Shown: positions 1 to 13,716 of the stretch, in pieces
Layout of the letters: every line of letters starts with the position of its first letter
Numbering within the stretch: the first letter of the stretch is position 1
Assembly (NCBI RefSeq): GCF_009914755.1
Contig: NC_060948.1
Origin: the human T2T-CHM13v2.0 reference genome, Homo sapiens
Length of the DNA stretch: 64,000 nt
Strand: one strand, 5' to 3'
Notes under the pieces: generated by a model
What the model saw: only the letters and a program-made list of their open reading frames with translations
Database searches by the model: none
What the model was told of the DNA's origin: nothing
Position numbers and translations under genes: made by a program

Positions 1-302
1 CAGCAAACTATCGCAAGGACAAAAAACCAAACACCCCACGTTCTCAATCACTGGTGGGAATTGAACAACGAGAACACTTGGACACAGGAAGGGGATCATC
101 ACACACTGGGGACGGTTGTGGGGTGGGGGGAGGGGGAGGGGGAGGGATAGCATTAGGAGATATACCTAATGCTAAATGACGAGTTAATGGGTGCAGCACA
201 CAAACATGGCACATGTATACATATGTAACAAACCTGCACGTTGTGCACAGGTACCCTAAAACTTAAAGTATAATAATAATAATAATTAATAATAATAATA
301 TT
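1..302 (+). mobile_element. 3' end of a young L1PA (L1PA2-4-like) LINE-1 with (TAA)n tail
   Basis: Canonical L1 3'UTR: gggtgggggg...gatagcattaggagatatacctaatgctaaatgacgagttaatgggtgcagcac...cctaaaacttaaagtataat, followed by (taa)n. Confidence 0.95.
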
Positions 303-478
303 AAGAAGAAGAAGAAGAAGAATAAAAGAAAGAAAGAAAGAAAGAAGGCAGGAAGGAAGGAAAAGGAAAGAAGATAGGTAGGAAGGAAGGAAGGAAGGAA
401 AGAAAGAAACAGAGAGAAAGAAAGAAAGAGAGAAGAAGGAAGGAAGGAAAAGAAGAAAAGAAAAGAAAAAAGAAAAAT
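303..478. repeat. Purine-rich simple repeat (GAA)n/(GAAA)n/(GGAA)n
   Basis: Almost pure A/G tract grown from the L1 tail; it produces the spurious F/S-rich ORF 301..507. Confidence 0.95.
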
Positions 479-479
479 A

Positions 480-2572
480 TGGGAAAACCTTTTAAACTAA
501 AAAACACACAAGCCCAGAGAAAACATTTACAGAATAAGCTTTAGAGACCGAAGAATATCTAGCCTAAAAAATGTGTATTTTATTCCCCCAGACAAAAGAA
601 ACTTAATACAGATTTTGACATGTCACATTTTATTATACAAATTGCAACCTAAGATTACAACATATATGAAACATCAAGATAATATGGCTCAATCAAAGAT
701 AAAAATAAATATCCAGAAATCAATTATTAAAAAACGGGGAGGTAAAAATTAACAGAGACAATATGAGTTATAGTCTAGATATATTCTTAAAAAAATTAAT
801 TACCCTTAAAAATTAACATTGCCGATTTAGTGATGCTCCGTGAGTAAAATGGAAATAAATAAATTAAGAAAAAGGAAATAAATGAAATAACAAAAATTAA
901 ACCAACAAAAAATAAAAAGCACAAAAAGAAATAAAAATTGTGGAGTGGAAATACAGAAAAAGACTAATATGTACTTCACCATTAGTAAAAAAAAAATGAG
1001 AAGATCAATAAGCTCAGCAAATTTCAAATAAAATTAACATTAAGAGATTTACAACAAGACACAAGTTAAGCAACGTTTTGGAAGTCACATAAAAGAGAAT
1101 GAAGAATGCAGAAAGAAAAAAAAACAAATGTATTATTTATATTCACACTTCTGCAAAATTACCAGTAAATTTATGAACATAAATCTTTCAAGCAAGAAGC
1201 GGGTAGGATGACATTGGTAAAACGCTGAAAAAAAAAAGTTCTAAACAAGAATACTATATTTTGCAAAAGTATCCTTCAAAATGAAAAAAAAAAAGACCTC
1301 TATCACTATCTATAAGAACATCTAACTATGTCATGTCTTCAAAAGACTCATTTCATATCTAATTTTAAAAGACTGAAAATCACAGGATAAAAATACATTT
1401 CATGCAAGTGTTAACCAAATGAGAGGAGAAGAGGCAACAATTCCTTAAGATGAAAACTACCATATTTCATATAATTTACTTTATGTGAAAATTAACAAGA
1501 GACAAAGTAGGACATTCAATTATAGTAAGAGGGTTTATTCACTAATAACTTATAAATATATGACAATTTTCCCAAACACATAAAGCAAACATTGACAGAA
1601 TTGAAGAAAAAATAGACAACCATATAATAATGGAAATACATCAATATTTCACTTTCAGTAGTAAATAAATAATGAGAGACTATCAACGAGGGAACAAAAA
1701 ACCTGAATGCATTACACAATAGTTACACCTAACAAATGTATGCAGACAACAGAATCACATTCTTTTCAATACCTCAGAAAACATTTTTCTAGATGGACCA
1801 CATGTGACACCACAACAGAAGCCTTAATAATTTTTTAACTAAAATTTTACAATTATTTACAGCCCAAATGGAATGAAACTAGGAATCAGTAACAGAAGAA
1901 AAGCTGAAAAATTCAAAACTTATAAAGATTAAGCAACACAATTTCCTGTTTTGTTTTGTTTTGAGATGGAGTATCTCTTTCACTAGGCTGAAGCGCAGTC
2001 GTGCAATATCAGCTCACTGCAACCTCCACCTCCGGGTTCAAGCGATTCTTCTGCCTCAGTCTCTGAGTAGCTGGGATTACAGGCATGCACCACCTCACCC
2101 AGCTAATTTTATGTATTTTAGCAGAGACGGGGCTTCACCATGTTGGCTAGGATGATCTCGATCTCCTGAACTAGCCATGCATCCTCCTGGCCTCTCAAAG
2201 TTCTGGGTTAGAGGCATGAGCCACTACCCCCAGCTACAACACACTTTTTATTACGCTCTTTTTCAATGGTTGGAAGACCTAATATTGTGAAGATACCCAT
2301 GCTGTTTAAAGTGACCAACACATTCAACACAGCCTGTTTCAATTTTCAATTATACTTTTGCAAAAATAGAAAAAAACCCCACAAAGTTATGTAAGATCTC
2401 AAGGCACCATGAAAAGCCTGGCAATCTTTAAAAAGAATTAAAATATTGGAAGCATTATACTTAACAATTTCCAAACACAAAACAAACCTGTCGTAATCAA
2501 AGCACTCTGGTACTGGTATAAAAATAGAGCACCAAAGTAATAAAACAGAATGCAGCACAGATATAAACTGTT
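480..2572 (+). mobile_element. Old degenerate L1 remnant (ORF1/ORF2 fragments), interrupted by an Alu
   Basis: A-rich L1-like segments (e.g. aaagcaaacattgacagaattgaag, aatggaatgaaactaggaatcagtaac); paralog at ~32411-34150. Confidence 0.7.
1943..2235 (-). mobile_element. Alu (AluS-like), antisense
   Basis: T-rich tail, then gagatggagt...ctcactgcaacctccacctccgggttcaagcgattct...gggattacaggc... Confidence 0.93.
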
Positions 2573-2574
2573 GA

Positions 2575-5500
2575 AGAGAGAGTACAGGCATACCACCTAG
2601 GTTTTACATTCAGCCATATGTCACAATTCCTTTGGTAAGCAGGACCCAGGCAGGAGAGAAGAGTTACATTACATAGACGCTAGTTTCAGTGATATTTAAA
2701 ACTGTCCTCTGGGAGCAAAGCACAGACTGGAGAGACACATCACCTAGCTGATAGACCCAGAGATATGTGATAATATTCCCTGTTTACAGGGCCCAGGCAG
2801 AGGAGTCAAATTATTATGATTCTAACCCATCGATATGTAACAATGCACCCACAGAAAGGGATTTGAGACAAAAAGTCTCAACACCAGGGTACTAGGCCCA
2901 GTGATATGACACAATCCCATCATCTTTGAGGATGACATTGTTAACATTTAGCTGAGCATGTATATTAGAGTCACAATCTCACATGTATGCTCAGACAATA
3001 TATAACTTTCTCTACAATATTCGAGGGCTTTATGAAACCTGTATGAGAGTTGCAAACCTCTCTGTGGCCTGCCTGCTCCTATGGACTCACAATCTTGCAT
3101 ATTGCTCTAAACCACGTTTGATAGTCGACATCTATAGGCAGGGTTAAGGGAGAAGACTCATTATTATGCCTGTGGGCTGGGTCCAGAAATGAATCACCAT
3201 CTCCCCTGTGGCCAAAGCCACATATAAATGTCACAATTTTAACTGTGTACTGTATTCTTTTGTTAGACTCAGGACCTCAATAGTGGGAATTATAAATATG
3301 GAATGGTGACAACTCTTAACTGCACCTGGGTGTGTAACCAAGAGTCCCATTCTGAACCTTTTGCTGGTCCCTGTTATGAAACTCTTTACCACCAAAGAGT
3401 TTAAACAATATAAGTTAGTGTTGTAAGCTTATGTGTGTTAGTACAAATATGCAACCCAGGACCTTAAATATTGCCTTAAGCCAAACAATGAGAGGAAAAA
3501 TATCTCCTATTGGCTGTATCCCAATATAAGTTTGATCTTTGTGCCTGTGAACTAAAGCAAGGTATATGTCATAATTCCACATGTGGGCAAAAAACAAGAC
3601 AGGAGGGTAACATTACATAGATCATGTACCAAGCAATATGTCGCAATGCCTTCTCTAGGCAGGGTATAAAAATTTGGGTCACATTAACCTGGTGCTGGAC
3701 CAAGCATTGGACAACATTTCACATGTGGAAAATACCAAACCAAGTTATGAGAGCCAAAACCCCTACATAATGGGCCCAAGACATGTCAAGGTATATTCGG
3801 TGGCTCCAGCATGGGCAGGAGAGTCACAGTCATAAGGGTGCTGGGCCTAGCAATATGCAATATGCCATAATTTCCTCTTTATGCATAATCCAGGAAGAAG
3901 CGAAAAATCACCTTGGTGTTGAGCCATTCAGTAGGTCAAAATTTCTTCTTTGTGGGTATAATTCAGGAAAAATAGGAGAGTTACATGTTTTGAGTGCTGG
4001 GCTTAGCAATATGCCAAAATCCACCTATCGTGAAGGCCCAGGCAACAAAAGAGCCACATCACTTAGGTCAAGGGCTCAGAGATATTGCAAGGTGTCCCAA
4101 GTAGTCAGGGCTCAGGCAGATGTGGAGAGTCATATCACCTAGATGCTGCCCTAGGAATATGTCACAGTGGAACATGAGAGCAGCATGCAGGCAGAAGGTC
4201 CACATCACTTGAGTGCTGGGTTCTGAGGTATTTCATAAGGATCTCTTCACATAGCACCCAGCAAAGAGAGTTTCATCAACTAATTGAAGGTCCTCTGCTC
4301 ATGTCACAATGCTCCATGTGGGTAGGGTCCAAGGAGGGACTCACATCTCCTAGGTGATAGGCCCAGAGATGTGTCACAATATCCTCTATGGAACATAGCC
4401 CTGGCAAAAGAGTACCATCACCTGTGTGCCTTGCCTAGAAATATGTCACACTCCAGGTTGACAGGACCCCAACAAGAGCCCCACATAGCCTAGGTAGCAG
4501 GCCCAGAGATATGTCATGATTCCCTTCTTTGGGCATGGCTGTGGCAAAATAGTTCTCTTGCCTGTGTGCCTGGCCTTGCAATATGTCTCTATATTTCCTT
4601 TGTGCAGGGCCCATTCCAGACAGGAGAGTTATATAACCTATGAGGCGAATACAGGGATATGTCCTAATAATTTTGGTGGGCATGGCACAGGCAAAAATGT
4701 AACATCACCTGGGTGCTAGATCCAGTGATAAGACAATCCTTACGGAGAGAAGGGCCCTGGCAGGAGAGTCACACCACCTTGAGGCTGGCGTAAGTAGATA
4801 TCACAATCCCATATATGAGCTGAAACAAGTCTAGAGAGTCAGATTACACAAGTGCTTGGCAATAATTTATATCACAATCACACTGTCAGAAAATTCCAAA
4901 GGTGAGATTTTAAATACCAATCATTTCTTATTTTCATCTTTGACAATTGACTTCATCCATGTGAGGTAATGATAATTCTTACTGTCAGCTGGGTGTGAGT
5001 ACAAGACTCACAATTTTACCTGTGTGCTGAGCCCGGCTTTGACTCCCTCTGTATAACCCAAAGACTTGGTAAAATATGTGTGAGTGTTGTAATCTTTTGC
5101 AACCTTTGTATAAAAGATGGTCCACGGTATCAGTCATGTCCCTAAAACTAGTTATCTAGTTATAAAAGTCAAAATAGCCTCTATTGCCTGAGTCCACATA
5201 CGACAGTCATTATCATTCCTGTTAGCCATGCCTAGATATAGGATTTAATTCCCTCTGCGGTTATGAAACAGGCAGAACAGGCACATCACCTAAATGCTGG
5301 GCCAGAAATATTCCAGTATTCTTTTTGTAGGCAGGGTTCTGTCACAAATATCATATATTTGTGTGCTCAGTTCAGCTCTGTGTCACAATGTTTCTTGTGG
5401 GCAGTCTCCAGGCAGGAGAGGAGAGTCATATCACCAAAATGATGGGCCCAAAAATATGTCACAGTGCTTCCTGTGACAGAGCCCAGGCAAGAGATTTATA

Positions 5501-8500
5501 TCATTTGGATGCAGTGTTTGGAAATGCTACAATTACTAAAGGAAGCCAGGTACAGGCAGGAGAGGAGAGTTATGCAACCTAGATGATGGGTCCAGAAATA
5601 TGTTACAAATCCCCTTGAGGACATTGTTAAGATAGCACAGTCAAATCACCAAGTTACTTGGCTCAGGTACTTATGAGACTATTGTTTTTGGGCTATACCT
5701 ATGCAGAATTATTAAATCACTTAGGAGCTGGACAAAGGTATAAGACACAATTACACTTGTGGAAAGGCTTAAGAATAAGGGTCACCATCCTGCATATGTC
5801 CTGGCTCCACTCATATGAGTTGTTATTAGACTTTTGCTATGGTTTGTGGTATATGGCACAATATTACCTGGCCAGAAGGAAAGCAAGAAATTCACATAAC
5901 CTATGAGGGTTTGGCTCCAGTGTGATATCACAACTTACTTTGTGGACAGGACACTGGCTGAAGGGTCACATCACCTGAATGCTGATTTCAGTGACATATG
6001 AAAACTTTGTGTGTAGGCAAGACTTTGACAAGAAAGAGACTTACTTCACCTAGGCAATTGGCCTAGATTTATGTCACAATGTCTGTTCTGTGCAGTACAA
6101 AAGCTGGAGAGTGACCTCACATTGGTGCTGGGACCAGCAATATGTCACAATCTCCATGTGGTTAGGGTACAGGAAAAGTGAACCAACGTCACCTAGGTGC
6201 TCAGCCAAGCGTTATGTTTCAATGCTTTCTGTTGGCAGAATCCCCCAAAAAGAATCACATCACCTGGATGCAGTTATGTGTCACAATGCATTGTAAGTGC
6301 AGGGCTAAAGGAGTAGAAGGGAGTCACATCACTTATGTGATGGACCTAGTTATAAAACACAATTCCCTTTGTAGCCATGTTTTAGGCAGATAATTCACAT
6401 CACCAGGGTGACGATACGAGTGATAAATAAAAGTGCCCTTTGTAGGAGAAACATGGTAGATGTTATATATTGCAAAGGTGTTTGTTATACTTATGGCGCA
6501 ATTTTATCTGTGGTCTGGGCCTAGAAAAAGAGTCAAATCATTCATGTGCTGGGAAAAGTTACCTGACCCAATCACACGCTCAGAAAAGTTTGCAAATAAG
6601 TTTCGCATTCCACATAAGTTCTCGTTTCCTGTATGTAAGTCGTCAACTCTTTCTATGAGTTTGGTGGAAGTAGAGGAGTCAAAATCTCAACAATGGTCAA
6701 GATCCATGTATAGGAGCTCCAGTCCCATTGGAAGATTGTGTTCCAGTAGGGGAGTCACAGCACCGCAGGCATGCTGAATCATGGTTCAAATGTTGCCAAA
6801 ACACCTGTGAATCTAATCCCCGTATGAGAGTAATGATTTCAATCTTTGATGACTTTTATGTGTGAGATTTAGTACCTCATTACTAGGCCCTGTTTATGCG
6901 TGAGAATCACAATTGTATCAACTAGGTGTGCATAGAGAGTCACATTCTTGTCTGGTTGCTGGGGATAGTGACTTGTGGCTCAACCATATGTCACTATCCC
7001 CAACTGTGTTCAGGGCCCGTTCTGAGGAGAGTTATATCGCCTAAGTGGTTGACACAGTGATGTGTCACAATAATTTATGTGGGCATGGCTCAGCTGATTC
7101 TTACTGAGAGTGGGGCCCAGGCAGAAGGGTCAAACCACCTAGAGATTGGCCCTCATAGATTTCAAAATAACATCACTGGGCTGGAACCGGTCTGGAGAGT
7201 CAAATCACACAGATGCTCGGAAAAGATTTATATCACAGTCAGACTGGCAGAAAATTCCCAGGATGAGACTAACAATACCACATATGTCCCATTTTTATCA
7301 GTGACAGTTGGCTTTATATATATGAGATGGTTACAGTCTTTAACTGTCAGCTGGGTGTTCATATGAGACTCACAATTTCACCTTAGTGATAGGTCCTGTT
7401 ATGACACCCTCTGTACAAGATGAAGGCTTTTTAAAATCACTTATGCTGTTACAATCTTCTGCAATCTTTTTACCATAAAGAAACTTAATCACTTAAATAA
7501 CTCTAAAGCAAGTTATGAGATTAAAAATTACTCCTATTTGAGGGTTCTACATATGGGAGTCCTTATCATGCCTGTGAGCTGTGCTTAGATATATGTCACA
7601 ATTTACACCGTGGTAATGAAACAGGCATGAGAGCCATATAATCTAAATGCTGAGGCAGAAATCTTCCAATATTATTCTTTTTGGCAAATTCCTAGAAGAA
7701 AAATCACATAACTTTGGGCCTATGCCCAACTGTATGGCACAACACCCCTTGTGGGCAGTGGTCCAGAAAAGAGGAGAGTCATATCATGTAAATGATAGGT
7801 CCAGAGGTAAGTCATAATGTCTCTTGTTGAAAGGATCAGGCAAGAAATTCATATAATTTGAATGCAGTGTTTAAAAATGCTACAATACCCAGTGGAAGCA
7901 GAATTCAGGCAGGAGAGGGGACTGAGGTAACCTAGATGATGGATCCAGAGACATGCTACAAACGTGCCTGAGGATAACGTTAAGACAGGAGAATCAAATC
8001 ACCAAAGTGCTCAGCTGAGATATATGTCCAAATCTCAATTGTGCGCTATACCTAGGCAAGATTACTAAATTACTCAGGAACTGGGCAGAAGTGTATGTCA
8101 CAATAACACTGGTGGAAAGTTCCAGGAGTGGGAGCCACCATCATGCATATAACCTGGCTCCAGGTTTAAGAGTCATGATTAGTCCTCTTATCTGGTCTCA
8201 GTTGTATGGCACAATATCCCCATGGGCAGACAGCAAGCAAAAAGGTCACATCACCTGGGTGGGTGCTGGTCCAGTGAGCTGTCACAATCTTTATTGTGGG
8301 CAGACTTCTGGAAGAAGCATCACATCACCTGAATGCTGGTTTAAACGATGTATCAAAATTTCCCTTTTGGGCTTGGCTTAGAAAGGAGAGGAGACTCACT
8401 TCACCTAGGCAATTGGTATAGATAAATGTCACAATGGCCACTATGTGCAGGACCAAAGTTTGAAAGTGACCTTAACTTGGCGCTGGATTTAGCAATGTGT

Positions 8501-11500
8501 CACAATCTCCCCTGTGGTCAGGGCAGGTCAAGAGAGGAGAAACATCATCTAGGTGCTGAGCCAAGTTACATGTTACAAAGCTTTCTGATGGCAGAAACCA
8601 AAATGGAGAGTCCCATCAGTTGGGAGCAGTACCCAGTTATGTGTCACAATGCACCGTTAGTGCAGGGCCAAGGCAGTAGAATTGAGTAACATCACTACAT
8701 GATGAACCCAGACATAAGCCACAGTGCTTTTCATAGGCAGGCATTAGGCAAATAATCCACGTTACCTGGGAGCTGTTCCCAGTGACATGTAAAAGTGCCC
8801 TTTGTCTACAGGCCCAGGCACCTATGCTTAGGTGTATGGTCCATGTATATCACAATTTCATCTGTGGTCATGGGCCTAAAGAAGAGAGTCAAATTATTCA
8901 GGAGCTGGGCTAACTTTTATGTCCTAATCACACAGTAGGAAATATTCAGAAATGTTTCACAGTCACAGAAGTCCTGGCTTCACGTACGTACAGGAGGAGT
9001 CAACACCTCCTGTGAGTTGTGTCAAAGCAGAGGAGTCCCAATCTCAACAATGGGCAAGATCCATGTATAAGATGCCCAGTCCCACTTGAAGATTGTGTTC
9101 CAGTAGGGGAGTCACGGCCTCACAGTTGTGCTGAATCATGTATCACCAAACCACCTGTGGGTCAGATTTGTGTATGAGAGAAACAATTTCAACCTTCAAC
9201 TGATCTTTTTTGTAACAATTTAGTACCTTATTTGTAGATCATATTTTTGTGAGGGAATGACAATCGTGTCAGCTAGGCATGCATCCAAGAGTCACAATCG
9301 CACCTGGTTACTGTTCCCTGTTATGACAGTTTGTGTACCACTCAGACTTTATATGATATGCTTGAGTGTCATAATCCTTTGTGAACTTTATGCAATTAGG
9401 AGACTCATTTCTTTACTTATGGCCATGAGACTGACCATGAGAGTAAAAATATGTCTCCCTTCTGGGTAAAGATATGATAGTTATATTTGTGTATGTAAGC
9501 TGAACTCAGGTATATGTTAAAATTTCACCTGTGGGCAGAAACAAGGCAGCATAATTGCCTTACTTGGATTCCGAGCACAGAATTCATTATAATCTCCTTC
9601 ATAGGCAGGCCAAGTCAGAAGATTCATGTCAACGGAGAACAGCCTCAATGAATATGACACCATGTCGACTGTAGACAAGGTTGAAGAAAAAGAGGAGAGT
9701 CACACCTCCTAGGTGCTTAGCTCAGCAATACGTAATAATTTCCCCTATTGGCTGCCTCCAGAATAAAGGGGATGGTTACATTACCTAGGTTTTGCGCTCA
9801 GTAGTATGTCACAATTCCTTTTGTGGGCAGAACCTAGGCAAGAGACGAGAGTCACATTTCCTAGATGCTATGACCACTGATGTCACAATGTGCCTTGGGG
9901 CAAAAGTACAGGAAAAATAGGCAAATCACCTAGCTGATCGGCTCAGAGAAATGTGATAATATCCCTTGCTGTCAGGGTCCAGGCAAAAGAGTCACACTGT
10001 TATGATTCTTATGCAATGATATGTCAAAATACACACATGGGAAACAATTAAAGCACAAGTTTTAACACCTGGGTACTCGGCACAGTGATATGACACAATC
10101 TCCTCATGTTTGAGGGTGACACCTTTAACTGTCAGCTTGGCGTCTGTAACAAAGTCACATTGTCACGTGTGTGTTGGACCACCGAATGACACCCTCTACA
10201 ACATCCAAGGGCTTCAAACGGCATCCATTATATTTGCAAACTTCTCTGAGGCCCATAGGCTCATATGGACTCACAATCTTATATATTGTCTTAAATCCAG
10301 GTATGATAGTCAATATCTCTAATTTAGGCCACATTCAGGAATGAGAAGCATTTTTATGCCTGTGAGCTGGGCCCAAAAATGAGTCACGATTACACCTGTG
10401 GCCAGATCCACATGTGAGAGTCACAACTCCATTTTTGTACTGTGTTGTCATGTTAGACTCAGTAACTCCATAGTGTACTTTGTAAATGTGGGATGGTGAC
10501 AACTTTTACTTTCACCTGGGTGTGAAACTGAGAGTCACAATTTTAACTTTTTGCTGGGCCTTGTTATAAAATGCTCTGTACCACCCATAAAGTTTATACC
10601 ACAGGAATTCGTGTCGTAAACTTCTGTGAGCTTTGTAGAAATATTCAACCAAGAATTTTTTCTATTGCCATAAGCCTAGTGATGAATGGCAAAATATCTT
10701 CCATTGACTGAATCCCAGTATAAGTTTGCTCATCATGCCTGTGAACTGAAGCAAGATATAAACCATAATCCCATTTGTGGGCAAAAAATTAGAAAAAAAA
10801 AGTGTAACATTACTTAGGTGATGTGGCAATTAACATGTCACAATATTCTCTCTACACAGAGTCTAGGAAAGAGGGCCACATTAACTGGATACTGGACCCA
10901 GCAATATGACACAATTCCACATGTGGAAAAACATAATGAAGAGATGAGAGCCAAAACACTTACAGAATAAGCCAAAGATGTGTCAAAACACCCTCTGTGG
11001 CTCTGGCACAGGCAGGACAGTAGCATCATCAGGGTGCTGGACTTATCACTATGCAATAATTATCTCTTTATTCAGGATTCTGGCAGAAGAGTAACATCAT
11101 CTGGGTGCAATAGGTCAAAATTTCCCTTTGTGGGCATGGTTCAAAAAAAAGAGTAGAGTCACACAACCTAAATGCTGGGCTCAGCAATATGTCATAATCC
11201 CACTATTTTAAAAGCCCAGGCAGGGGGCGAGAGTCATATCACTTAGGTCATGGGCTCAGAGATATGTCCCAGTGTCCCCAGTAGGCAGGACTCAGGCAGA
11301 AAATGTGGGTCATATCACGTAGGTGCTTCTTTATGTGTACATCACAATATAACACATGGGGAGAACCCAGGCAGAAGAGCCACATCACCTGGGTGCTGGG
11401 TGCTGAGATATGTCACAAGTTTCCCTAGGACAGCACTAGATTGAAAGAGTTACATCATCTTGATGCAGGTCTAACTTTTACGTTGCAACGATCTATGTAG

Positions 11501-12547
11501 GTGAGGCCCAAGCGTTCGGTCACATCACTTAGGTGACAGGCCCAGAGATATGTCACAATGACCTCCTTGAAATATATCCCTGGCAAAAGAGTATCATCAC
11601 CTGTATGCCCTGGCCTGCCAATATGGCACTACCATTCTCTGTGTTCAGGGTCCATTCCAGAGAGGGGAGTTACATCACCTAAGTGGTGGACACAGTAATA
11701 TGTCACAATGATGCCTGTGAATATGGTCCAGGCAACAATGTAACATCACCTGAATGTTAGATCCAGTGGTATGTCTCAATCCTTACTGAGAAAAGGGTCC
11801 AGGCAGGAGAATCACATCACCTAGACGCTGGCTCAGGTAGAGATCACAATCTCATATACATGCTGGAACCTGTCTGGAGAGTCAAATCACACAGATGCTT
11901 GGCAAAGATGTGTATGACATTCACACTGGGAGATTATTGCAGAGATGAGATTTACAATAACATACATGTCCTGTTTTCATGTTTCACAGTAGGCTTCATA
12001 TACATGAGATGCTGACAGTACTTCCTGTCAGCTGGGTGTGCATATGAGACTCACAACTTCATCTTTCATTTGGGTTTTGTTATGGCATTATCTGTACAAG
12101 CCAAGGGCTGTAAAATATTTGAGGGTGTTATAATCTTCGGTGACCCTTTTACCAGAAAGAGATCTAAGACATCACTTGCATTGCTAAAGCGAGTTACAAG
12201 AGTCAAACTTACTCCTATTTGGGAGGTCCACATATGAGTCATTATCATGCCTAGTGATTTGTCAGAATATTGAGCTGTGCCTAATTATTTGTCAAAATTT
12301 ACTCTGCAGTAATGAAACAGGCATGACAGCCACATAACCTAAACGCTGAGGCAGAAATGTTCCCATATTCTCCTTGTAGGCAGGCTCCTGGCAGAAAAAT
12401 CATATAACTTTGGGGCTGTGCCCAACTGTATGGCACAATGCCCCCTATGGGTAGTGTCCAGGCAGAAGAGGAGAGTATATCACTTAAATGATAGACTTAA
12501 GTGACCAGAGATATGTCACAATGCCTCCTGTTGAAACGGCCAGGCAC
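2575..12547. repeat. Complex beta-satellite-related repeat block 1 (BSR-like)
   Basis: Recurrent ~70-80 bp monomer like gagtcacatcacctgggtgctgggcccagagatatgtcacaat...gggcagggcccaggcaggagag; diverged and CpG-poor. This family is known to flank ZNF91-family clusters and to occur in Y amplicons. Confidence 0.85.
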
Positions 12548-13600
12548 GTATTATTTATAATTGTAGCCGTTTTAACTGGAGTCATTTGGTATCTTGTGGT
12601 AGCTTTAATTTGCATTTTTCTAATGATAATGTTGAGCATCTTCACATGTACTTGGCCATTTGCATGTCTTCTTTGGAGAAGTGTCACATAGTGTATCTTG
12701 CCTATTGCTAAATTGTGAGTTAGTTTTGCTGTTACGTTTCTTATATATCTTTATGTTTTTCCATTGTGATATGTATATTTTGCAAATATATTCTCCCACA
12801 CTGTAAGTTGTCTTTTCACTCTGTTAATTTATTTTTGCTATGTAAATTTTTTTTTTAGATTCTGTTAATTTTATTTGTCTGCTTTTGCTTTTCTTGCCTG
12901 TGGTTTTGAGATCTTATTTAAAATGTTTTTCCTGTCCTGTTTAGTAAAGAATTTCTCTATGTCTTATTCAAATAGTTTTATAAGTTTGAGTTTACATTTC
13001 AATCTTCTATTTATTTTTATTTAAATTGTTTTAATATGGTAACAGGTAGGCAACTAGTTGTATTCCTCTGTATTTAAATAATCCATTTTCTTAGCACCAT
13101 TCGTTGAAAAGATTGTCTTTTCTTCAATGTATGTTCTAAGCAACTTAAAAATTACTTGGCTCTAGGTTTATGAATTTTGTTACTGGGATCGTTGGATACT
13201 TTGGTCTATGTGTCTGTTTTCTATGCCAGTATCATGCTGTTTTGCTTGTTATAGCTTTGCAGTATGTTTTGGAGTCAGGTAGTTTGATATTTTCAGATTT
13301 GTTCTTTTTTCACAGCTATTTGGGGAGTGTTTTTTTGGTTCCCCATAAATTTTATGCCTCTTAATTTCATTTTTGTTCAAAAATGTTCTTGGCATTTTAT
13401 AGAGTTTGCAGTGAATTTGTAGATTTCCTTGTGTAGCATAGCCATTTTAGCAATATTTTTTATAACTCATGAGCAAAAATATCTTTTTTTTTACTTTTTT
13501 CATCAATATTTTATAATTTATAGTGTAGAGAGTGTTTCTCTTTTTAATTAAGTTTACTGCTACACATCTTTATTTTTTATTCTAGATAAACAAAAAGTAT
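12548..13600 (-). mobile_element. Old L1 fragment (3' part of ORF2), antisense
   Basis: ttaatttgcatttttctaatgat..., ttagcaccattcgttgaaaagattgtc, atgccagtatcatgctgttttg; ORF 12484..12687 shows an L1 ORF2-like IIRKMQIKATTRYQMTPVK. Confidence 0.85.
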
Positions 13601-13716
13601 TTGGAAAATTTTACGTGACTTTGTAATTAAAAACAACTGAACAAATTAGGTATAAATGATATGTACTTCAACACAGCTAAGGCAAAATATGACAAATCAA
13701 TAAACAAATTAAATAT

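Noticed and set aside
301-1027. Hydrophobic F/L-rich ORFs (301..507, 827..1027), and likewise 16707..17072
   Set aside because: Translations of low-complexity purine or T tracts, not membrane proteins.
2575-12547. Regularly spaced repeats resembling a CRISPR array
   Set aside because: Primate DNA (Alu, L1); the repeats are degenerate, the 'spacers' are themselves homologous, and there are no cas genes.
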